A stretch of DNA of 64,000 bases, taken from the NCBI RefSeq assembly GCF_001194135.2, contig NC_068984.1:136123676-136187675 (forward strand), given 5' to 3'. Positions 53,151 through 64,000 of the stretch are shown here, one piece after another. The DNA is from Octopus bimaculoides (taxonomy: Eukaryota). The position numbers and the translations under genes were made by a program. The stretch's first letter is position 1. Each line of letters starts with the position of its first letter. The notes below the pieces were generated by a model, which saw only the letters and a list, made by a program, of their open reading frames with translations, searched no databases and was not told where the DNA came from.

Positions 53151-55922
53151 TAATACAGATATATGTATGTATCATTTAATGTACACAATATATAGATACA
53201 AACAACGTATACTTTCTTGCTTTGGAGACACGGATCTAGGCAACATTTTATGACTTACCGAAGCTTCCTTGGAGATGCAAGGCATGTTATAAAAAACATA
53301 CCTAGACGAGTGTCTCCAAAACGAGAAACTGTTAGTAGCTCGAATATTTATACAGAGTACATTAAGCCGAAAGTTCTGTCGAAAGTGATCTCACGGATGA
53401 GAGGCCACTTATGGCGTAGGATCGAATTCGTTCTGTAGATATGGCACAACGGACACTTTATTTTGGATATATTATAAAGAGTATCTGGTTAATGTTGTTA
53501 ACAAAATTCTGAATTTTTTATGAAATGAAACCAGAACACTATGCATTTCATTTTATTTTACTTTAGTGTTCCATTCTCATTTTCAATCTTGTTATTAAAA
53601 CAATATTTGCAATCCCTCTTCAAGTGTTCTTTATGTTTAGTCTTTCAATATTTGGGCATGGTCTTAGATAAGATGTAATCATCTTTTACCGTTGTTCTCT
53701 ATGTTGGTTTTATATGTATTTTAAAAAGTAACTATGTAGTTTCAGCCGCCCCACTTTACTCCACCTTAGGTGATAAAAAATAGTAACCTTCTAAACTATT
53801 TGTCACCTTCGTTGCAGAAGGTTTTGAAATCAACTCTCGTAGATGTCGGCAAAAAAAATGATATCATTCATTTTCAATAACACTTAGGCGATGATGAGGG
53901 ACATTCTAAAGTGTAAGCATTGATCATTTGATTTTCTTTACTTTATTTCGTTTGTTTGACTTCTAGCAACAGAAACTTAATGAGATTTTTTAGTGCTAAC
54001 GAGTTTAAACGTAAAATGTTCAGGTAAAATATGAGCTGTTATTTTACTGCAGCCTTTTCTTAACTACAGTAGACTCCAAAACAGAGTTGAGTGTTTCGAG
54101 TCACATATGAATTGAGTATAATCATGATATAGACTACATAACGAATGTTTAAAATAGAAAAAAAAACAGCTGTTGCTCAGTAGCGGTGTATTTTCACTGC
54201 GTTCTGGTCAGTGAAAGTGAGACTTAGCATTTATACGAACCTGAAGAGTATATTTGAGTGCTGTTGATATTTACACAAAGTCTTGTACAATTTATACAAT
54301 AATGGTTTTCGGTATGTATAGCGGTTGTCTTTGTAAACTTGGTGGATAATCATAGACTCATTGTAGAATATCTTCCATGTCTCTCTTCGTGTAACTAGTG
54401 GTGATGTAGCGTGAGGTTTCTAGGTCGCGTCTGGATCATTCTTGTGTTTAATATAATTTGGGAACCGTTCTCTGTCGCTGAATGCGACAAGAAGCATTCA
54501 CTTACAAACAACTTTCGCAGTCCATTTCAAATTATAACATTTGAAGTCAGAAACTTATCAATAACTTACTGTTGCTTGTTGGATACAATAAATGATCGAT
54601 ATGTGCATTTCTGTGAACTATCTCTCGGATGTATATGATATTGAATAAATTCTGTTATTACTTGTGTGTAAATATAAAGCTCGGTATCTTCAACTTGGGC
54701 TTGTTGAAGTAATATAGAAATTATACTGTATAAATAAAACTTAAAAACAACTCGTATATACAAAAAAGAGATATTGATCATAAACTATCACCTTTAAAGA
54801 CTTTGAACGCTTTTGTTAAGTCAATAAAGGTTATGCGTTGAGAATATACTTTGTTTGATTTGCTGTAATAGACACTTTGTCCATTGGAAAACTGTTGGGG
54901 TGGAAAGCACAGAGCAATTTTTAGTTTTAATTTATTTGAAAGCTTTTGAATACTACTTATCTACACACGTATAGACAAACTTCAGCATTCTTTGGTAATG
55001 TTTCCAGTCTATACATTCAATTTATTCTTATGGAAATCGAGAAAAAATATTCCTTACATTCGAAGGACCTGAAACATTTTCTTAACATTAGCATAGTAAT
55101 TCTTGTCAGAGTTTTCATTGACAGTTTAAGAAATATCTGCTTATTCATCGTGACTAAAGAAAGCTAATGTTTGGAAAATTGTCAATTTCATAGAGAACAT
55201 GTGAACTTACTGTTTCCAAGGCAATATTTTCTTAATAATTCATGATAAATAGCACCGCCCGGGGGGTGGTAACAGCAATATATCTGTCCTATACTCAAAC
55301 AAATTTGCTGTGCTCCGATTTTAGATTTCTCCCTCATCCCCTTACTCTTTAATTTACTACTCCAGCTCTTCAACTACCTACGTACTATTCTTTCAAACAA
55401 CCCATTCCTTCACAGGTTATACCAAGTTTCTTTTTACCCTAAGCCTCTACACCCAAGTCTCATCTACACGCAACTGAGATGTCTCAAGTCGAATTTGCAC
55501 AGATACCATGATTGGAAACCAAAGAAAAATACCTTCTAAAAGGTTACACCAAGACTCCTGTGGTACAGAAACACTCATCAAAAATGCATGAATATGAACA
55601 CCAAAATACTTCATCCTCAATTAATATTAACTCTCAATAAAACTCAAGTGAGAGTCACAATGGAAGATTGCTTCTATATCTGCGACAGTACTGGTGCCTG
55701 TATGTACATTCTATGTCACATCCAATGCAAAGAGCGGTGCAATATTGCTCACAAAACATTCCGGCTTCTGGATCGTAGACAGGTCTCCAATTTTTATCTT
55801 CCCGAATGGTCCTACATCTGCTCTTTATAGCTGGCGGTCTCATATCAATTTCATTCGGCCACACTATACTCATTGACCTCGCCAGTATATGTCGTCCATA
55901 GTGTGTTCAACCCCAGTCCCGT

Positions 55923-56473
55923 ACGCGGAATTCTTTTTCCCATGAAACTTCCGGACCTCAGTTATGAACTCATTTGCATACAGACATTCAGAGCTCAACT
56001 ATCAAGCTAATTTATGAGCGGCACATAACAAGTGATGAGCGATAAGATCACTTGGGTAAGGAATGACCATGCTTCTTTTCTCTTTTAATAATGCTTCTTG
56101 ATCTTGTTCTAGTTTGAATCATGGCTGCCTCTGCGCAGTTATTTGTGTTATTTGTGTTTCTAAAGCGGTAAGGGAAGATTGTTGCTAGCACATCAACCTC
56201 TACTCACATTTTTCCCATCTACATCTTTACCATATGGGACCCTAACAAAATCCGATAATAGGTATAGATGCAAATCTATTTAATTATTTGTCTCCTTCTA
56301 AAATCAGGCATATCTTGGTGATCGGTCGACTTACAACACCGTTCTTCGTCTTGGGTTTACTTGGTAGAGTATGTTTGTTAACTTGAAAACAAGGTCAAGG
56401 TGAGCGCTAATTAGATGTGCAAATGAGTTGATTACTGGGGTCCGGAACTCTCGTGAGGAAACAAATTTCGCGT
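55923..56473. repeat. Diverged inverted repeat pair: 56 bp, about 80% identical, 439-bp spacer
   Basis: 55923-55978 compared with the reverse complement of 56418-56473 gives 45/56 identities with no gaps. Confidence 0.8.
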
Positions 56474-58006
56474 CCCGTACTAACAAACATGTCGAATGCC
56501 TCTTGTTCAAATCGCAGGCTCCGTGCATGTCATTGTCATAATTGACTTAAATATAGCTGCTGAAGTGAAACATTATACCCGTTCATATTTCTGGTCTCTC
56601 GAGACCAACTTTGTTTCTAAGCACATACAGTTTCCCCAGACCAAACTAAGGAAAATGTAAATAACTCTCCTCACATCGCCTCATCGTACATTAGTTTTAA
56701 AGGTTTATAACATCACTACAGCATATTGAATCTCCTGAATCTTAATATGAAAATGACAAAAGGCTATCTTTAGAGTGTTGTTTCTTTCTAGCAATACATA
56801 ATAATTAACTAACAACTAATTCCGATTGTAATTTTGTAGGTTAATTCTAATTCCTGGTTAACTTTTGACTATAGATGCTTTCCGTTTAATTTATCATGTT
56901 TGCCACATTTTGGGTGTCAAAAATAGATTAAATAGCAAATATAATGAGTTATGTTATTACTTGCCAGCTATCTCTAGAAGGTCTCTTAATGGTATTCTAT
57001 TTTAATTAACTAATGAAGTTTAATTTTGGCCCGCACAGCAAATTTGAAATGTCAACGTTACATTCTGGCTACTGGTGATCATTAGAATTTCTTTTTTTTT
57101 TAACTTTGTATGTTTAATTGGTGTTTCCCGTCACATCATTTATAATGCTTTATACTTTTCAGTGTTCTTATATGTGTGGTAGGCAGTCTAGCGGTGTAGC
57201 TACTAAATGTAACTGAGTCTGTTTATTATTGTCTTTTAGTTATAATAAGTTGTGCTCGAACAGGCCTAGAGCTTTGTATATCAATGATTAAATTACCCAA
57301 TCCTCGTATAATTAATACATTCCGTGTGATATTGATACGATTTCTCTCCTATTTCTACCAGGGCACAAACACACATAGAATCTTTATCGATGTAGCTTTT
57401 CTTTTCTTATTAGAAGGGTGTTCGCAATTAACTTTTCAAAAATAATCCTATTTGGAAAATATCGATCCTCATTCATAAAATCCATTCTAAAACCTTATTC
57501 GTAATTTGTCGTTTTTCGTGCATATTTTGAATAGTTTTGATCTTCTAGAATACGATTTTGCAACCATTACAGCTTGTGTAAAGAGATGTGCTACAGCTGT
57601 TTCTTCTCAATATATGAGCTTACAGAACTTAGTGGGATACTGTAAAATATTTCTTGTTAATAAGCTACATGTAATCCAATACACTTTGTTAGCTGCTGAA
57701 TATTGTTTCTTTTGTATAATACACAATGTTGTGCCTGAAGCATTCATTGTGTGACATAAGCCTATTTTTGGCTGATCACAATTACCCTGCTCTTCAACAA
57801 GCAGAATAGTATCAATATGTATATAGTATTCTCCTTTGGGGTACACTTGTACTGGGTTTCTAAAATATTCTTCGGTTGTCATTGCTATGCCCTGATCAAG
57901 ATTCACAGAGCAACTAATAATTAAAGACATTCTATCCTTGGCCATTCCACCATTAATGTGTATGCACAATCCAAATCATTCCAATTTGTATGTACAATAT
58001 CTAATA

Positions 58007-58037
<31 letters not shown>

Positions 58038-61000
58038 NNNNNNNNNNATTTTTCAAAAAAATAAAATTTATATTAATAGGTAGGACCAATTTGACAAAAA
58101 AGTGAGCAGTGTCTGGTAGCGAATCCCTGTTATCGTCATTTTTGTGCATGTGCATAAAATCGCGAAATTTTACGTTTTGGGGCAGATTTCGCCAAATTGA
58201 TGTCACGACGACTAGTGCGCAAAATGCCTCAATTTTGCTTGAGAAATAAAATGCTCTTACATAATCAAAGCCTGAAGTACTGAGAAATTAAAAAACGAAT
58301 TGAAATAAGTTTTAGCAAATCAAATCAATTCGCATTGAAATGCTGAATTAGTAAACACTAAAGAAATTGTCTTTAATAAGATGTCTGTTGGTAGCCATGA
58401 AACCTTTTTCGTTCAATTTTCGGAGCAGACGTGAAGGTAACTGTGGTAAACTCTCCGATCATGCACATCATACATTTACACCGGATGTGTCAATAGAATC
58501 CATGTTTAGAGCCTGCAGAATGACCCATTGAAACAGCTTGCCTAGACCCGTTTCGCTTTCTTTTCATATTTCAAGAGTATCGATATTTGTTGACACATAA
58601 GCGGTAGAGCATCTTACTGTTGCTTATCTAAAATATAATGAGCAACAATTTGTTGATTTCACCCGCTGCCAGTATGTTTATTTAGGAAAGAGACTTTGCG
58701 TGAATAAATTGGAATAGATTTACATACAACAATTTTCCTAAATATGAATTGATCTTTAATATGTAAATAAGCCCTACAGCTTACCTTGAGTGAAATGATA
58801 AGCATTTATTTCAAGAATTAAAAAAGTGAGAAACCAGTTTATCGGAAGACATAAATGCTTACCTTTAAACGTAACGCGTGTGTTAAGTTACTACAGCTTT
58901 CTACTGGATAATCAGATAAGATAAATATTTATATCTTTGATGGGTTTTTATGAGTAATCCACAATATAAAGTTTGAGCGAATAAAGAAAGCCTAGAATCG
59001 CAGCAGACTGAAGAGTGTATTTGCTAGGGAAAAGGTGGACTCCTTTCGAAAAATAAGACGAGTTTGTTTATGGAAATATTAAGTTAAGTTCACAATGAAA
59101 GAGGTTCTCTTGTTATATTAATAGTGAAATAATGGAATTAGGGCAAATGAAATACTATAAACCTAAGCAATAGAATTGAAAGAGAATTATTGTGAGAAGT
59201 GGACTTGAAATATATAGAAAGCTGAGGCTGATAATCACTGACATTAAAAGAAATGGAAAGATGAATAATTAAAGAGAAAATGGTACTCCGAATCGGATGT
59301 TAAACCAAAGAGAATGAATGGACGTAAAATGTCATATTCGAGGAGATGAAGTAATCCAAATGATCGGTTTGTGACAGAGAAGTAAACCGTAGCAGAATAT
59401 TAGATGCGGAAAGAGACACAGATGACTTTTAAGAGAATTAAAGTAAGTAATCCACAGGCAAAGAGGCTGAAGATTTAGAAAGATAAGGAGGTTTTTGAGA
59501 AAATAGTAATGGGGAGAGTGATGAAGGAGGAAAGAGATGAAAGAAAAGGAAGACAAAAGAGGAAAAGGAAGAGTAAGATGTAACTATATTAGAATTAAGG
59601 TGTTCTTGGAAAAGACATGAGAGGGAAAAGAAGATAAAGTCATAAAAAAAGTAACATTACAGGAGATTATGAATCGTGTTATCATTAAACACTAAGTTGA
59701 AAATATAAACATACATTGATGTATCTTTAATGATTTTGTCATATTTAAATATTTAAATATGCTCTGTTATATGATAAGCAGCGTCTACAGAATGAATCAA
59801 TGGACAAATATGTCAAAGTATTTTACAACCAAAGACTCAGTACGATACGTATTTATAAAGCGGACTCGATTAAATTCTTCCAAGGCTCAGGTGACTGTTT
59901 TCTCCATTTTTACAAATATTCTCTGTTTGAATTAAGTATGAGGGTAGTATGATTTGCGTAGCAAATCGCTGGAACGTCATTCAAAATTTCCAGTACTAAT
60001 TCGGATTTTTGCGTCCTAAGTAGTTCAAACTGTACCAGCATTAAGATTGTGTTTGATCATTCGGTTTAAATAAGTCATATTTTAGTAACATACTTGAGAT
60101 TTTAAAATCAATATCCGTAAATATATAATCAATATTTAAAAAATCAATATCGGTAAATATATAAAACGAGGATCAGATCATTCATATTATCGAACACTGG
60201 CTGTTAGGGTTCATATCTAGCATAATCCTGTTCGATGAGTGCTCCTGGAAGAGCTAACAAAGGGAAACGCCACCAGCAGTATCTAAAGTAGCAGCCGAAT
60301 ACCACACAGAATATGACTTAAATAAAGAAGTGTACATTCAGTAATGCAGTCATCAATCACCGGTCTATATCAGAGCTGACCTGCGACTAATGAACAACGA
60401 GTATTTTCGAAAGATCACATACGATCGCATTGTACAAGATTACATGTGTTTCGGAAGCCACCGTGCCTCCAAAAAAATGCCTCGTTATTCTGAAATGTTT
60501 GTTATCGAAGCGAATAAGATTAGAGAAGAATACGTACACTGCTAATACCCCTTTAATGCTGTAGACTTTATATAAATGCTAATGTCAGAGGTGCATAAAT
60601 TGTCTGCAAAAATCTCATTGTGAACAAGAAATTGATGCTAACATTGTTCAGAAGCAAGCGTCTTAAATGTTTCACATTTCTCGAAAAGATACCTTGTTCA
60701 ATCCCTCTTATGTTCTGTACCTAAATTTTTGTCTATTCCATTTTAACTGACGTTTCGAAGATTAAGAGGAAAGAGGGAAAAAGCAATGGGAGCGTCCAAG
60801 AGAGTGTCAAAAGCTTCGACCAATGTACATCGTAGATAATTATTTTATCGGCTCAAGTGGTATGAAGTCACGTTAATTCCGGTAAAACGTAACTTGAACA
60901 TGAAGGTAGGTTTCGAGGAATTTTATAAGATTGGGCGTTTGTTTCTTCAACCGATTTTTAAAAAAAACACCATTTAGGCGTAGGAAGACAAATAAGTTTC

Positions 61001-62149
61001 TTCAAGAAAATTTTTTTTTTTTTTGTGAATTTAAAAATTAGGAAATTGATATTCTGAACTGTAGTAGATAAAACCAACAACATTCCTACAAAAAAAAACC
61101 TATGCATATTAAATTTATGGCAGCACTGTTATGGTAAATCTATTCGTCAAAGAAGAACTTGTTATTCATAACCTATTGTTTCTACTTATTTCTTTGTGAA
61201 AGTCTACATTCTAGAAACTGAAGAGATATATATGCTTCTATGGTAAAATGATTTTAATGACATTTTAATGCAATCCATTTATTGAGCTTCTATTTTGCTG
61301 AAATATAAAGCAATGAGAAAATTGAGATACGTTGTCGGAGGTGACGAATGATAAAAAACCTTCCTTTGGAATTAGCAGAAGAAACGATTGCGATTCCAAT
61401 TTTGAAATAATTATGGAAAGATTTTGCATGCACTAACGAATTGTATTTCGTTTGTGAATCTACCTGTCTACATTGATTGAGACTATTATCCACTTTACAG
61501 GTGTGGAGAAAATTTAGTGACAAAGTTTTTGTTTGTTCGTTTGTTTGTCTTTACTTTTGTTTTTTGCTTTTTCTTTCAAAATTGAGGACAACAAAAATTA
61601 AATAGAAATAAATAAATAAATATATATAGAATGGGAAACAGATATGATCGTAGTTTGGTCGATTTTGAAGTTAATTTTGAACAGAAATGACAATTTTCAA
61701 TCACATGGCTTTTGATATAAATTGGCGCTATTAAATTGGCGAGGGGGAAAACTATCGGCAGTTTTCAGAAAAACATTGCTATTTATCTGTAAATGACTGT
61801 TCACAATGTGAAGATATTAAAGATGCTGACGAGATATTTTAGATCTAGTATGGCACGGCAGAGTTCTAGTTTGAAAGTCAATAAAAATTGAACGATGAAA
61901 ATTTATATTTATTTGTGATACAGTCTACTGAAATGCAGACATTAATCCTGTTCACAATCTCAAGGATCTACAGCACAGTTGCTTATCTTTTGGTTCAGCA
62001 TTTTCCACTTAAAAATTCAAGTAGACTTTTATCTAACATTGTAATCAAAGGAGAAAAATTGTACGATGGTACTGAACCAGCGTATTTTTATTATCGTTTT
62101 TTGAACTGTAGCATAAACCCAGCTACTAAGATATATGTGACTGGGGTCG

Positions 62150-62355
62150 CAGTATTCTCCTGAACAGGAAGCCGATCCGTTGTAGGATTCAATATTAGAA
62201 AGTTTAAGGGATGAGGACAAATTGGTCACTTCAGTATCAATCCCTGACTAATACTTAATTTCATCGACCTCAAAGGGATTAAGAGCAAATTTGAACTCAG
62301 CCAGATTAGAACTCAGAAAGTATAGAGCCGGAAGAAAAACCGCCAAGCATTTTTC
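62150..62355 (-). mobile_element. SINE family 1-related copy
   Basis: tactaatacttaatttcatcgacctcaaagggatt...ttagaactcagaaagtatagagccggaagaaaaaccgccaagcatttt (approximate reading). Confidence 0.6.
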
Positions 62356-62364
62356 AGATATTGT

Positions 62365-62748
62365 TTTTTTACTTGTTTCAGTCATTTGACTGCGGCCATG
62401 CTGGGGCAACGCCTTTAGTCGAGTAAATCGACCCCAGGACTTATATACTTTGTAAGCCTAGTACTTATCCTATCGGTCTCTTTTGCAGAACCGCTAGGTG
62501 ACGGGGACACAAACACACCAGCATCTGTTGTCAAGCAATGCTATGGAGACAAACACACAAACACACACACATACATACATATATACGACGGGCTTTTTTC
62601 AGTTTCCGTCTACCAAATCCACTCACAAGGCTTTGGTCGGCCTGAGGCTATAGTAGAAGACATTTGCCCAAGATGCCACGCAGTGGGACAGAACCCGGAA
62701 CCATGTCGTTGGTAAGTAAGCTTCTTACCACACAGTCACTCCTGCGCC
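62365..62748 (-). mobile_element. SINE family 2, full length, least diverged copy
   Basis: The reverse complement has a tRNA-like head (ggcgcaggagtgactgtgtggtaagaagcttactt...ggttccgggttctgtcccactgcgtggcatcttgggcaaatgtcttctactatagcc), a central (TA)/(TG) tract, and the tail ending ...ccagcatggccgcagtcaaatgactgaaacaagtaaaa. Confidence 0.92.
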
Positions 62749-63599
62749 GAATGATTCTCTTAACTCAGCGCTTTAATACCATAGTACTGATAAGACTTAA
62801 AGCGATTCTCTTATATTTTTTTTCATTTCTCTTAGATATATTCAGCTTTTGCGTATTACTTCTGCGCATCATTTTGATGTATCTTTGTCAAAAATACAAC
62901 ATGGAACAGATGAAAACGGAGACTTCCGTTCTTTCAGATGAATATCATCTACGTTATCTAATCGGCTATCTCAGTTAACAGACACGTAGTTTATACGTTG
63001 AAAATTTGACAGAAAAAAAAACAAAATGATAAAAAGGGTAGGTTGAAATAGATGACAGATACTATCATACATAAATAATAAAACGTAGCAGCAGTATATT
63101 ACGTTTTTAGCATATACACTTTATTCATCCCCGTTGCATGTAAAATATGTACAACGTGATATCTCACTCATTAAATTTCTTCCACTACGTTGAATGATAA
63201 GGGTTGCCAATGATGATGATGATGGGGGAGGGGGAGGAGGAGCAGAAGGTGAAATAGGGTAGTGGTTGTGTTGGTCATGCTTCTGTTGTTGGTGGGAAGA
63301 TGGGATTATGAAAATAGTCCCAAGTGTGAACGATCTAATACGTTTATGATCGGAAGTACTGCATTCGTTCGTAGCGAATTCATTTCCACTACAGAAGCAT
63401 TACAACAGGAACCTTTCTATGCAGTATTTTGATCTTCCTCTTCAATATGGTAGACAGTGATTAGCAGAAAATATCGGTTGCTATTCCCAGCAGATCGAAC
63501 GCCAGCAAAGTTCAGGGCAGCATGTTGTGAGAGATTTCTTCTTTAGTTACGAATGACATAAATTTGTGCTAATTTTACCATATACAAACATGCATATCT

Positions 63600-63670
63600 G
63601 TATGTTTGTATGTATGTATGTATGTATGTATGTATGTATGTATGTATGTATGTATGTATGTATGTATATA
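63600..63670. repeat. (GTAT)n microsatellite
   Basis: Visible. Similar tracts occur at 32135-32178, 32592-32626 and 46664-46731. Confidence 0.95.
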
Positions 63671-64000
63671 TGCCTGCAACGATCAATGCTTGTATGCAAC
63701 TATGTATTTGTAGAGAAGTGTGCGTGCAAGTCTATACAACTATACAACTATAAGACATGATGTCACGAGAAAATACCGTACGTTTTTGGCTTCCTAAAGT
63801 ACTTAAGCTTGGAGTAAGATAAAGAATATGTTATTTTGAGCTAATACTGCTCCCTTCGCTAATAAAGATTTTTTATCCAATTTAATAAAGAATAAGTATA
63901 TTATGTATATATAAATTATCAGCGCCAAAACTACATAATTATATGACAACGTATGTACTTGTAAATCATGCGAATATGTATGTATATGTATGCATGTATA

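Larger units (their letters stand above)
5606..58047. other. 19 assembly gaps (N runs, about 7.2 kb in total), mostly bordered by (AT)n or other microsatellites
   Basis: Gaps start at 5606, 9588, 11919, 13403, 15409, 16104, 16644, 19162, 20363, 22947, 28268, 29843, 30933, 34923, 41129, 45017, 49195, 51070 and 58039. Confidence 0.98.

Noticed and set aside
55400-56000. Possible gypsy integrase or LINE RT motifs on the minus strand (LARS..VWP, MKYFGVHI)
   Set aside because: The motifs fall in inconsistent frames and order, and no YADD/YLDD or DDE core is seen. The region is left unassigned.
6353-62748. tRNA genes suggested by A/B-box-like motifs
   Set aside because: The motifs are SINE heads continuing into repeated family-specific bodies, and no complete cloverleaf was found.
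63222-63260. G-quadruplex candidate (gggggagggggaggagg)
   Set aside because: It has only two adjacent tracts of three or more G and does not meet the canonical four-tract pattern.
931-63760. Many HT/CV/YI/ER/poly-S/poly-F ORFs
   Set aside because: They are translations of di-, tri- and tetranucleotide microsatellites.

Overview
This window is eukaryotic, AT-rich and repeat-dense non-coding DNA, intronic or intergenic. It comes from a gappy draft assembly with 19 N-gaps totalling about 7.2 kb, most of them flanked by (AT)n. The two tRNA-headed SINE families and the microsatellite load resemble, from memory, octopus (coleoid cephalopod) genomes; I could not verify this. I find no host protein-coding gene that I can support, and no rRNA, tRNA or CRISPR array. 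Most ORFs in the supplied track are artefacts of microsatellites or N-runs. The recognisable content is decayed transposons: two restriction-like-endonuclease (RLE) LINE remnants, CR1-like and RTE-like RT fragments, three or four Tc1/mariner remnants, a possible piggyBac-like N-terminus, about a dozen SINE copies, and a long-TIR MITE. The most notable unexplained signal is a set of fold-back structures: a perfect 104-bp inverted repeat (14440-14705), a 33-bp hairpin (15332-15405), a head-to-head SINE pair, a MITE carrying ETS motifs, and a diverged inverted repeat carrying octamer-like and TTCCGG motifs. If transcribed, these could be dsRNA, ADAR or endo-siRNA substrates. I see no convincing evidence of a new multi-gene system.
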